Shown: positions 1 through 9,149 of the stretch, piece after piece
Layout of the letters: every line of letters begins with the position of its first letter
Position numbering within the stretch: position 1 is the first letter of the stretch
Assembly: GCA_013822125.1 (NCBI GenBank)
Contig: PNJY01000001.1
Coordinates: forward strand, 16,700 to 80,699
Origin: Erythrobacter sp.
Lineage (GTDB): Bacteria > Pseudomonadota > Alphaproteobacteria > Sphingomonadales > Sphingomonadaceae
DNA length: 64,000 nt
Reading direction: 5' to 3'
Translations under genes and position numbers: made by a program
Notes under the pieces: generated by a model
Database searches by the model: none
What the model saw: the letters and a program-made list of their open reading frames with translations, nothing else
What the model was told of the DNA's origin: nothing

Positions 1-132
1 CACGCGCGGACGCAGGGGGGCGTGCGCGACGATCAGCTCCGATAACGCTCGTTACTGCAGTCGTGTGCGTGAGAGATAAACGGAAAGCACGATGCGCCGC
101 TTTATAGAGCGAGGAGGCACACGCCGCCGAGA

Positions 133-987
133 TCAATCGGCATTGCAGCTGTCATTTGCCTCTCCGTTAGAGAAGCGGTCGCAGAATGCCAGCTTCATGA
201 GGTGCTCGGTTAGCGCCCGCGCTCCGTTTTCCTTGACCATTTCGCTCCAGCTTTCCCAGCGATCGATCCGTTCTACAAGCCACAGGTAGAAACGGTTGCG
301 TGCATGCTCGTGGCCTACGGGCCATGTCATGGTCCAGAGCGTGCTGCGGACCGGTATCTCATGATTGATATGTAATCCGATCAGCTTGACTGCAGGCTCG
401 GAGGCAATCGTATCGGTGGCGAAGCGATACAGCATGCGCGCAGCCACCTGTTCGCTCCTTTCGACCTGCTCTGCCGTTTCCACCCTTTCAGAGCGACGGG
501 CAACGCTTTGATTGGCGATGATCCAGCTCAATCCAACGGCGTCTTGCGCATCCTTCTGTGTTCGCGTTGCGATCAGCATCTGCAGGACGGCGCGTCCCTC
601 CTGTGTCAGCCTTCCGCCGTGTTGATCAATCAGCCCGGCCGCCTCGAGAAAGGCCTGATAGAAGGCAGAAAGGTGGCGATCGCCAAGGAAGATGTCGAAC
701 TGGCGCTCTTCGTCAGCGACGAAACGGCCGTCTACAATCGCCAGATAGTTTGCGATAAACTCGAGAAGCTCGTCCTTCCAACGCAGATCGGGGAGTCCGA
801 GGCGGCCGATCCAGAACGCGTCTCTCACCGATTCCCATTCCCTTCCATCCTCGTCGATGAGAGGAGCCTGACCCGGGATATCGCCGGCAGAGACCAGCCA
901 ATAACCCCAAGGCAAGGCCGGGTGTCGGTTGTCGCCATAACGCTGATGGTTCTGGAATTTAAAAGCGGAAGAGTGGTACGCCATCAT
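133..987 (-). CDS. hypothetical protein (~284 aa)
   Basis: Long ORF; the ATG at 987 overlaps the TGA of the upstream gene (ATGA coupling) and has a GGGAGA RBS; no family motif recognised. Confidence 0.7.
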   Translation of the reverse strand: MMAYHSSAFKFQNHQRYGDNRHPALPWGYWLVSAGDIPGQAPLIDEDGREWESVRDAFWIGRLGLPDLRWKDELLEFIANYLAIVDGRFVADEERQFDIFLGDRHLSAFYQAFLEAAGLIDQHGGRLTQEGRAVLQMLIATRTQKDAQDAVGLSWIIANQSVARRSERVETAEQVERSEQVAARMLYRFATDTIASEPAVKLIGLHINHEIPVRSTLWTMTWPVGHEHARNRFYLWLVERIDRWESWSEMVKENGARALTEHLMKLAFCDRFSNGEANDSCNAD

Positions 988-1718
988 CCGTCTCCCGTGA
1001 CGTCTGGGGGCGGCAGCAGGCGAAGGGAAGGGGCGGTACTTTCGGACGATCCCTGCCCCGCTGCCAGCATCGCCGTGAGCTGCCTGGCGAGGGCAATGCA
1101 ATTCTCGTAGACGTAGGATTGGTCGCGGTAGGTATCGCCATTGCGGCGATTTGCCCGATCATTTGGCACGAGGTCGCCAGCGTGGTTCGTGTCAAAGCCG
1201 AGCCACCAGAGGTCCTCGTGGAACTCGTCTTCGGTGGTCTGCACGGTCCGATATTGCTGAACGAGCCTGACGCGTGTCACGTGGCAGACCGTGTAGCGTT
1301 CCTCGCGCGGTTTGCCCCAGGCTTTGCGTGCAAACCGGTTGACCTCGCAGGCTTTGCTGTAGGTCACACCGCCATGGACGACTTTCGCAATTGCTACTGG
1401 GATCGCATCGGCCTCGAAACCGAACATGGGGTGGTCGATACCGACACCGACGTAACCCGAGATCGTTCCATCTTCCTGCCTCAGCATGATGCAGCCAAGT
1501 CCGGTCTCCTCATCGACCCAGGCCACCTTGTCGGCTTCGTGGTTCCACGGTCCATCACCTGATGGCCGACGATCCGGATTGCGGTAGAGCTGCTGAGCGG
1601 TAATGCTAACCTCGCCCACCGGGTAGGCAATCGGCACTGCGTTGATGAGCCCCGCAGGCAGGGAGGACTTGACGACACCCCTGGCTCCCTCTGTGCGCTT
1701 GGTTGGTCTCTTTGTCAT
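984..1718 (-). CDS. phage-like conserved hypothetical protein
   Basis: AGGAG RBS before the ATG at 1718; motifs GYVGV..HP, VHGGVTY and WWLGFD..HAGD resemble a family seen in phage/prophage proteins. Confidence 0.7.
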   Translation of the reverse strand: MTKRPTKRTEGARGVVKSSLPAGLINAVPIAYPVGEVSITAQQLYRNPDRRPSGDGPWNHEADKVAWVDEETGLGCIMLRQEDGTISGYVGVGIDHPMFGFEADAIPVAIAKVVHGGVTYSKACEVNRFARKAWGKPREERYTVCHVTRVRLVQQYRTVQTTEDEFHEDLWWLGFDTNHAGDLVPNDRANRRNGDTYRDQSYVYENCIALARQLTAMLAAGQGSSESTAPSLRLLPPPDVTGDG

Positions 1719-1857
1719 GTCCGGTGTTCTCCTTTGCATATTGTTTGCGGGCCGTCGGAGTGGCGCCGCCAATGCTTGACGGATGTCCCTGCCCCACATG
1801 CGCGCTGACCGATGGCAGGCCGTGACCACCACTGACCCGCAAAGAGAGGATTGCCGA

Positions 1858-1878
1858 GGTATACATTAAAGTATACGT
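1858..1878. repeat. 21-bp direct repeat copy 1 (GGTATACATTAAAGTATACGT), internally palindromic
   Basis: Identical to 8751-8771; GTATAC-N6-GTATAC dyad. Confidence 0.9.
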
Positions 1879-1965
1879 CATTCTGCCTCGTTGCAAGTCC
1901 TGATTGCGGGGGTGGGGCCTGCCTCCGTAACTGCGGCCGCCAGTCCCAGGTGTTGCGAGATGGCC

Positions 1966-4900
1966 TCAAGTGCTCTTGCCGCGTGCGATCTTGATGGCGC
2001 GGCTATAGGTGTCATAGCTTGAGCGCAGCGCGGTTTCGGAACGCAACAGGCCGTAATGCTGGCGGATCATGTCTTCACTGGTCTGGAGTGCAAATGCAGC
2101 TTCCTGCACTCTGTCGTTCGACGTCGAGTTGTTGACGATGTCTGACGCTTTGAGAACCCTGTGCACGTAAGGATTCAGGAGCACGACACCTGGAAAGCCA
2201 GTTCGCGTCAGGGGGTTCCACGCGATGTGGCGTGCGCCGAACTTGCGAAAGGCTTCGTACCAGGTGAGTGACGTCATCGCCTTGCCTCTCTTGGTCAGGA
2301 ACGCATTTTCGCATGTCCCATCATCAAGAAGCGGGCGATGGATGAAGAACCATTCATCGAGCAGCTTTGTGAGGAAGGGTTCTGTAATTGTCAGATCGTA
2401 GTCGAGGCGGTGCCCAACAACCCCGAAAAGCCCGCAGTTCTTCCAGTTCTTGAACTTGCGATAGCAAACGCAAATCTTCCACAAGCCATTTTGCTTGAAG
2501 ATCTCCGGTTTGTCGCCCTTGAACTTCAAGTTGACCAGGTTCTTCGGGCGGAAACCCGTGACTATCGAGAGATGGGACATGACGATGTTGCGTATGTCGG
2601 TTGCGAGGAAGCGACCTGACCGCTCATCGCGCACCCGCGATTCAGCCTCGAACAGGAGGCTGAGGTAATTCGCCACCGGCTCCTCGCTTTCGATCAGCGA
2701 TGCGGCTCCCAACATCGCATCGCGGACCGTCGGCGTATCCTCTTCGATAAATTGGGTAATCTGCTCAGCCGCCTCCCGGCTGATTGCAATAAAGGCTCGC
2801 CAGTCGCGCTTCGCGAGATCAACGTCTTCCTGTGACAGCAGTGGTCCGCCGCTGCGACCGCTGAATGCGAGAAGCCCGCTGAAGCGCTCTGCAGATGCGG
2901 TCTGGGCGAGCGGTTCGAGCTTTTCGGCAAGTTCAGGGTGCTGGGTAAGATAGCCGGTCTCGGGATGGGTGAGAGACTTGATATGGTGAGCCACACCTCG
3001 AAGTCGCGACGAGAATAACTCGCCTCTTTTGCCACCAGTCAGTTCCACTTCGCTGAGATGGGCTGCCTCGAATGCGAAGTAACGAACAAAGAGTCCTGGA
3101 ACTACCAACCATACCATGGTCGCCTTGGAGGCATCGAGACCGAGGCCTGAGTTGGGACCATCTGAGCAAGGCGCAACGAGAAATCGCACGATCTTGTCGA
3201 TTTCGCGGCGCTTGATCTCAGTCGTAGTCTCCTCGCGCCAAATTCCGCTTTTCGGTCGCTTCAGTGGAGCAACAAACCTGGCAGTCTTGTAATGAAAATA
3301 CGCACGCAATTCCTCATGCCACGAATCAGGCAGTTCCGCGCCCGGCAAGCGGTAAGCGTCAGAGCGCCCGGCATTGCTGATGCGGGCAAAGTCGGTGCCA
3401 TCTCGTGCCAGGTGCTCGATCTTCGCAACGGCAGCCCTGATCTCCGGTTCTGAAAGGTAGCGAACTTCACGCGGAAGAAGCCGCTGCCTCGAAAAAGAAA
3501 CTTCGTACCAGTACGAGGTGACGGTCCCGGACGAGGCTGGAAGCCAGCCCCTACGCGCCAGCGCACAGAGCTTACCTTGGGGTAGCCCGAAATGCTCTTC
3601 GATCCTGGCCACGACGGGCACCGAATTGATCCCCACTTTCCCACCTGCAACCCAGTTCCTGATCGTTCCCCACGAACAACCCGCGATCTGGGCAAGGCTC
3701 TGGCAGGACAGGCCCTTCGACTTCATCAGCGCCGCGAGCTGTCCTGCGAAACTCGCAGACGGGTCGACCCGGGCGGAAATCTCATCGTAGATCGCCTTGA
3801 TACGATCCAACCGAGCCGAAACATTTCGCCGACTGCTGTCATTGTCGTAGGAGGCCCGCACCGCACTACGAAGCGCTGGAAAGCGCTCGTCTGAAAAGAC
3901 CTCTGCGGCCGGATCCTCAGTCGTGCAACCAGACTGCGCCAGGATTTTGTAGAAGGCGGAGCGGTGTGCTGCGACATGCTGATCCGGATCGGAAGCGCCA
4001 TTAAGTGTCGCTCTGCGGCGCTCACGACTGGTGAGCTCGATCAGAAGGTTTGCCAGAAGGTCAGCGCCATAGTTGTGGCCCGGCACGGCGATGCCGCGGC
4101 GCTTGGCGATCTCCGTGACAGTCCGACGGCATTGCGGGAGATCAGCTACCGAAGAAGCGACCCCTGCAAGCTCGGCCAGCTCGCCCCAGTCAATTGCACC
4201 GTGCCGATGCGAACTGCCGGGGATTTTCGCGCCAGGCACGTCGAACATCGAGACCGTCGCACAAAAAGAAGCGATCTGCCGTTCGCGATCGTCCGGTGTG
4301 GGGCAGGTCCTCACATGCGGGCTATTGGCAAGAATGGCCCGGCCGTCTGCCAGCGCCGCCTGAATAACCTGCTTGAATTTTGCGTTCTGTTTCGCGGCAC
4401 TGACCGTGACGCCGAATGATGCCTTGAACCACTGGAGTGACACACCCTGGCCGTACCGGCCAATCGTCAGCTGAAGGGAGAGGGCCGCGTAAGCGGCCGA
4501 CACGGGATCCTTGAGCCGAACGCCTTGCGACAGGTGGCACGGAAAGGTGACAAACACCTGCAGGACGTTCTCGATAAACGTGCGCGCCTCGGTACCGGGT
4601 GCGACTTCGCGCATGTTGATGTCGCATTGCCGAGTGAGTTCCTCACAACTGATCATGCCGTTGTGGGCGAGAAAAGGCCGCCCGGTGTCGATCTGCTCGA
4701 CTGCGAAGGAAGCGAAACGCGCTACGACCGCGTTCGAGGCGTTACTGGCAGCGCGCCGAGCCTCCTGCAGGGCCGCGGCGTGCTCTTCTTGGGCATTCCA
4801 ACCGCCACGCGGAATGGCGAGCCGGAGATCAGCGCTGCCCCGGAGCGGACGATCGTCGTTGGCAGGCAAGACTAGCGACAATGCTGTCGAGGTCGCAACG

Positions 4901-5025
4901 CTCGTTCCTGTGTTCTCGATTGACCCTGATATCGCAGGATCCTCAGGAGCATCGATGTGTTCGTCCTGTCTTGGAGTATATGTCGCATCGTACCTCATGA
5001 TCATTTCCTTTTGATTGTCTCGCAT
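1966..5025 (-). CDS. large tyrosine recombinase/integrase-family protein with internal XRE-like HTH (1019 aa)
   Basis: C-terminal TGFRPKN (Arg I), NPYVHR (H-x-x-R position) and RQHYG (Tyr); central LAALMKSKGLSCQSLAQIAGCSWGTIRNW HTH. Confidence 0.75.
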   Translation of the reverse strand: MRDNQKEMIMRYDATYTPRQDEHIDAPEDPAISGSIENTGTSVATSTALSLVLPANDDRPLRGSADLRLAIPRGGWNAQEEHAAALQEARRAASNASNAVVARFASFAVEQIDTGRPFLAHNGMISCEELTRQCDINMREVAPGTEARTFIENVLQVFVTFPCHLSQGVRLKDPVSAAYAALSLQLTIGRYGQGVSLQWFKASFGVTVSAAKQNAKFKQVIQAALADGRAILANSPHVRTCPTPDDRERQIASFCATVSMFDVPGAKIPGSSHRHGAIDWGELAELAGVASSVADLPQCRRTVTEIAKRRGIAVPGHNYGADLLANLLIELTSRERRRATLNGASDPDQHVAAHRSAFYKILAQSGCTTEDPAAEVFSDERFPALRSAVRASYDNDSSRRNVSARLDRIKAIYDEISARVDPSASFAGQLAALMKSKGLSCQSLAQIAGCSWGTIRNWVAGGKVGINSVPVVARIEEHFGLPQGKLCALARRGWLPASSGTVTSYWYEVSFSRQRLLPREVRYLSEPEIRAAVAKIEHLARDGTDFARISNAGRSDAYRLPGAELPDSWHEELRAYFHYKTARFVAPLKRPKSGIWREETTTEIKRREIDKIVRFLVAPCSDGPNSGLGLDASKATMVWLVVPGLFVRYFAFEAAHLSEVELTGGKRGELFSSRLRGVAHHIKSLTHPETGYLTQHPELAEKLEPLAQTASAERFSGLLAFSGRSGGPLLSQEDVDLAKRDWRAFIAISREAAEQITQFIEEDTPTVRDAMLGAASLIESEEPVANYLSLLFEAESRVRDERSGRFLATDIRNIVMSHLSIVTGFRPKNLVNLKFKGDKPEIFKQNGLWKICVCYRKFKNWKNCGLFGVVGHRLDYDLTITEPFLTKLLDEWFFIHRPLLDDGTCENAFLTKRGKAMTSLTWYEAFRKFGARHIAWNPLTRTGFPGVVLLNPYVHRVLKASDIVNNSTSNDRVQEAAFALQTSEDMIRQHYGLLRSETALRSSYDTYSRAIKIARGKST

Positions 5026-5150
5026 TCGACCGGAACCGATCGGGTGCGCATATAAAAAGGACAGATCTGAAATTTACAGTCAACAGAAAAATAAAGGAGA
5101 GAGGAAAAGTGAAGAGCTGATACTAAAAAACTAAACACCTTTGAGTCTGC

Positions 5151-5194
5151 CCATCCTGAAAACTACTAGACCGAAACGGTGATTTTCAGGATGG
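5151..5194. promoter_or_regulatory. 12-bp inverted repeat (CCATCCTGAAAA / TTTTCAGGATGG) in the divergent intergenic region
   Basis: Perfect arms at 5151-5162 and 5183-5194, with an inner ACCG-AAA-CGGT mini-hairpin; AT-rich context. Confidence 0.55.
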
Positions 5195-5233
5195 AGTAAA
5201 TTTTACAGAGTAAAGTAAAGAGAAGAGTCAAAA

Positions 5234-5515
5234 ATGCCAATTCAACGTAAAACACCAAGTAACGCTGCTGAATGGAAGAAATTTATGAGGACCTATCTTC
5301 GGGCAATCATGCTGCTTCGCGGATATGACCACAACCAGCTTGCCGAAGCTCTATCCTCAAAATTCGGGATCGAAATGCACTATGATCAGCTGAGAAAATT
5401 GACCCACCGTGGGACCTTCAAGGCCGAATTTTTGATCCAGTGCGTAGTCGCCATGGGCGGCGAGTCGCTCGAAATGCCCCGATTCGAAAGTGATGATTCG
5501 CACCCGAGTCGCTAG
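5234..5515 (+). CDS. DUF6471-like small HTH DNA-binding protein
   Basis: W..(ylraimllrG.d...LaeaL)...RGTFKAEFLIQCVVAMG pattern typical of DUF6471; divergent from the recombinase. Confidence 0.7.
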   Translation: MPIQRKTPSNAAEWKKFMRTYLRAIMLLRGYDHNQLAEALSSKFGIEMHYDQLRKLTHRGTFKAEFLIQCVVAMGGESLEMPRFESDDSHPSR

Positions 5516-6098
5516 ATTCGAGTAGTGGCTCGGTGGTGCGGGCCCAATGAGGACATACGGAGGGAGGAAATATGTGACTGACACCCCGATTTGCTGCGGA
5601 AGCGATGTAAATTCGGGCGATTGGGCAATGAATCATTCCGGAAACTGGTCTAAAGTTGGGCGCCGCTGATAGTTTTGTCGGCCCGTGCGGCTTAACCAAC
5701 TGAAAAAAGAAGCGAAATTACTTCTCGCCAAAAAGGGGCTCGCCGCCGTTGACCACTAGCCCTTTCAACAGTCAATTCGCCCAAGTGAGATAAGCATAAG
5801 TGCTTGTAAAAGAGGATCATTCAGGATCCGCCTAACGATCCTGGCGGCCTCAAGATCGAAGGCATGACATCCAGAACGCGCTATGCGCCCAAGATCCTGT
5901 GAAATCGGTGTGTGAAAATCATAATGAAGATGTGGCTTGCTGAGCATACCGAATGCCAGATTGTACATCTGGAGTTATGAGATTCGATCTCCCTTTCTTA
6001 TAAGGCCGAATGAAACCCCGATTGACATCGTTGCAGCCGAATAAAAAGAGTCGCTGTAAGAAGGTGCGTGTTTTTATCGCGGTGATAACAAAGGAGGT

Positions 6099-6596
6099 TT
6101 GATAATGTTTACCGACGTGAATTTCGAGGCTACGCAGCGCTTTGTGCTGGCGATCGGAATCTTGTTGACCGTTGACGTGACTGGGCTCGGCGTCGGCAAC
6201 CCGAGGGGGGTTGTGTTTACAGTTGCACCGGCTGGCGAGGAGCTTGGATTTGAGAGGGCTGCCGCTAACCAAGGCAAAGACGTTATCGTTCTTACGTTCG
6301 AATTGGGGAAAGAGGAGGAAGGTCCCAAGAATATTGCCGTTTTCGAGGAGCGTAATGGTCAATTACGGGTTTGGCCAAGATGTGCGTTTTGCGAGACAGA
6401 TGACGGCCGACACTTCATTATCGATTATGACGATCGCATTGGCTTTGTTCTGTGGGATGAGAAGATCATGACGGTCAACAATTTGCCGCCGGGCTTTTGC
6501 CTAGAGAATGCTGAGCGCGGTTCTGCATTTCTGAAGGAATTTGCGACCGGCTACATCGGAACGATGCATCGTAACGGTTTTCAGTGCTCCCGATGA
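6099..6596 (+). CDS. hypothetical protein
   Basis: 165-aa ORF with a GGAGG RBS; lower GC; no motif recognised. Confidence 0.6.
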   Translation: MIMFTDVNFEATQRFVLAIGILLTVDVTGLGVGNPRGVVFTVAPAGEELGFERAAANQGKDVIVLTFELGKEEEGPKNIAVFEERNGQLRVWPRCAFCETDDGRHFIIDYDDRIGFVLWDEKIMTVNNLPPGFCLENAERGSAFLKEFATGYIGTMHRNGFQCSR

Positions 6597-8386
6597 GAGC
6601 AGCGAGAAGAGTCGCAATCAATATAAGCTTTCACTCGAAAGAAAAAGTCGGACCCCGCCGAATCGCTAATCGCGAGTAGTGGACTGGTTATCTCGTCCCA
6701 TCGGCATTTATGGTGTTCGCGAAGCTCCTGGTAGCACGCAAGCACATGGTTCGCCGATGCCAGCGCCCAGCAGTGCAGTTCGTCTCTCAGAGCGTCGAGC
6801 TTTTCTTCTGTAAGGCCGGCGCAATTGAAAGCATGAGCACCGAGCGCGGGGGCGGTGTGTATGGCGATCATCCGGGACCCGAGGATGGGCTTCGGAAGCT
6901 TGGTTCGCGTGATCATCTTCGGGCCGAAGTAATCGACAATCCGGATGCGCCCCGCGCGGTCAGCTACGGGCTTTCGAGCGGTGCTGCGTTTGTAGCCGCT
7001 TTTCAGGGCCTGCGCGATCTCGCTGTCACCGTCGACTGATGCAGCGCCGGTTCCATCCATGTCGTCGAGCACGAGCAAGCCATGTGTCTGGTCAAGCAGC
7101 CTGACCATGCCGGCAGCACGAAGTTGTCCGGCCAGTGTGCCATTGATGGCAACTCTCGCAATCGCCTCACCAAGTTCCGACTTGCCGCTACCTGCGGGCC
7201 CGACCGCGAGCAGGATCGGCAGGGCGTCGAAGATCTGGTGGACGTGAGTCATAGCGACGAAGGTTGCTGCAAGTGCATAGGCTCTTTCGTCGGGTAGCCA
7301 GACGCGCGATCGCAGGTGCTTCTCGAGCGTCTCCAGGAGATCGGACAGTTCCCGGAAGGGGCGAGGTCCACGGCGCTTGCGCCACTCGACGAACTGTTGA
7401 ATGGAACCGAACGACCAAGTGCCCGATGTGCTTGCTGCCGGCAGGCCTTTGATGCGCGTGCCGTCCGAGAGAGCCAGAACACGCTCCGAAGATGCTGTCC
7501 CACAGGGTGCTGGAAGGGGTTCGGCACTGAGCAGGGCCCCGTCGGATCTCACGACCAGGGTGCGATAGCGGTGCACGATCTTGCCCAGCCTATCGTCGAC
7601 ATGACGCTGCTCCACCGCGACCGGGTAATAAAGGTTTCCGCAAGCAAAGCCGCCCGAGACGTCGATGGGCGCAGCTTCGAATATCCCGAGATCCACCGGC
7701 TGCCGGCCCGGCTCTTCGGATTCGATGACTAGCTGAATCGGCCGGGCGCTTCCGAGAAGAGTATCCCAGGGCGGGGCCTGAAAGGAGCGGACCATGTCCG
7801 TGAAGCTTTGGAAAGGCGCAGGCGTGCGAATTTGCAGGATTTCGCGTACTGTAAGCGGCGCAATTTCAGCGATGAAATCGGCCGCACCGTCCCCGTCGAT
7901 CAGCAGTACTTGCCCGAACGACGACCAGTGCTGTCCCGAGCGCCATTCCGCAGGCCATTCGCCCCACTGGGAGCGGGAGATGAAGACAACATCCTCATCT
8001 GTCTGTCCATAGGTCTGCCATGCGAGCCACAGATCGAGCACATCGGCTGCGACGACCGCAATCTTTTCGCCATTCCCCAGCCTGTACTCCGTGCAAGGTC
8101 CGGGGCCCCAGCCTTTGGGGTGCTGAGGGTTTGTCGTTATCCCTTGCAGATTGCGGTATGCATATCTCCCGATCGGCAGGCCGTCATCGCTCAGCAAAGG
8201 ATAGGAGAGGGCATCGCGCACCTCCAAGCCGTCATGGCGCGATACATAGGCCTGCTTGAGGCCCAGGTGCAGCCGCTCGATGGTCCCGCCATGGAGGCCG
8301 AGCACCCTGAGCTTGTCCATTGCCGCCTGCGATTGGCGCAGAGCGCGCTTCTGCCGTCCGAGGTTCTCTGGTCCGGCTGACTTCAC
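6581..8386 (-). CDS. putative primase-helicase/replication protein (N-terminal TOPRIM-like region, C-terminal P-loop ATPase)
   Basis: Walker A GPAGSGKS, Walker B LLVLDD and LKSGYKR motif as in phage/satellite primase-associated ATPases; N-terminal YPL...G..IG..YR and AVVAADVLDL. Confidence 0.6.
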   Translation of the reverse strand: MKSAGPENLGRQKRALRQSQAAMDKLRVLGLHGGTIERLHLGLKQAYVSRHDGLEVRDALSYPLLSDDGLPIGRYAYRNLQGITTNPQHPKGWGPGPCTEYRLGNGEKIAVVAADVLDLWLAWQTYGQTDEDVVFISRSQWGEWPAEWRSGQHWSSFGQVLLIDGDGAADFIAEIAPLTVREILQIRTPAPFQSFTDMVRSFQAPPWDTLLGSARPIQLVIESEEPGRQPVDLGIFEAAPIDVSGGFACGNLYYPVAVEQRHVDDRLGKIVHRYRTLVVRSDGALLSAEPLPAPCGTASSERVLALSDGTRIKGLPAASTSGTWSFGSIQQFVEWRKRRGPRPFRELSDLLETLEKHLRSRVWLPDERAYALAATFVAMTHVHQIFDALPILLAVGPAGSGKSELGEAIARVAINGTLAGQLRAAGMVRLLDQTHGLLVLDDMDGTGAASVDGDSEIAQALKSGYKRSTARKPVADRAGRIRIVDYFGPKMITRTKLPKPILGSRMIAIHTAPALGAHAFNCAGLTEEKLDALRDELHCWALASANHVLACYQELREHHKCRWDEITSPLLAISDSAGSDFFFRVKAYIDCDSSRCSHREH

Positions 8387-8730
8387 GAGCGGAATCCGCC
8401 GCTGCGCAGGCTCGATTGCGCCGCCAGGATCATGGCCCGTATGCAGTCAGGGCCGTTTGACAGGAAAGCCAGAGGTGTCTGCCCGAGCTCTTCGCAACGC
8501 AGCCATTGGACGAGTTCATCCTCCCCCTTCAGCGCAACCAGAAGCGCTTCGAGCCGCAGAAGGAGGCGCATGCAGGTTTCCCGATAGGCCTGAGGGCTTC
8601 CCGTCGATCGCTCAGCCGCGGGCTCGTGCGTGAGGAGCCTAACCTCGTCTTCATTGAGCAACAGGCGCCTAGACAGAGCTAGGAACTGCCGCTCGAGGGC
8701 CTCAGCCTCCATCTGGTTTTCAATGATCAT
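8383..8730 (-). CDS. Xre/MbcA/ParS-antitoxin-like small protein
   Basis: C-terminal QWLR.EELGQTPLAFLS resembles the MbcA/ParS toxin-binding domain (WL..p..lgg.tP..ll); GAGGGAGG RBS; GTGA overlap with the primase gene. Confidence 0.5.
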   Translation of the reverse strand: MIIENQMEAEALERQFLALSRRLLLNEDEVRLLTHEPAAERSTGSPQAYRETCMRLLLRLEALLVALKGEDELVQWLRCEELGQTPLAFLSNGPDCIRAMILAAQSSLRSGGFRS

Positions 8731-8750
8731 ATCGAACCCTCCCTCTAGGC

Positions 8751-8771
8751 GGTATACATTAAAGTATACGT
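8751..8771. repeat. 21-bp direct repeat copy 2
   Basis: Identical to 1858-1878; 20 bp upstream of the ATG at 8730. Confidence 0.9.
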
Positions 8772-9149
8772 AAGAGGAAGAGCCATTGTGATTGCGTTGG
8801 GCAAATGGCGCTGGAGTTTATCGAACCTGCGGTTCCCCAGCGTTCCTGAACACAAGCTCGCCGCGCCTTTCGCATCGACGCTGCGATCAGGAGGCAAACT
8901 CGCAATGGGAATGGCTGTCGTGGCTCGGAAGGGCCCACACCTCACCTGAAATTTCCGCACACAAGGATGGCCAATTCAGGCCCGCTCGGGAACTCGATCA
9001 CGATAGTCAAAGCTTAGGGGCTTTGCTCTTAAGAGACTTCGAGCAAATCATCCTCTGTTTCAGAACATACCGATGGCGAAGATAAATTCGCTGTTCACCT
9101 CATCGAACTTCCGGATTGGAAGGCAATTTCCTATAATATATGTCTAGAT

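Larger units (their letters stand above)
1858..8771. mobile_element. putative ~6.9-kb integrated element (recombinase, regulator, primase-ATPase) bounded by 21-bp direct repeats
   Basis: Identical flanking repeats, one ~90 bp past the recombinase stop; integrase plus replicase gene content; the repeats could instead be shared operators. Confidence 0.35.

Noticed and set aside
5516-6098. Small minus-strand ORFs 5765-5968 and 5919-6362
   Set aside because: Short or overlapping a better-supported ORF; no motifs
1858-8771. Reading the 21-bp repeats as a CRISPR array
   Set aside because: Only two copies, 6.9 kb apart; no spacers or cas genes
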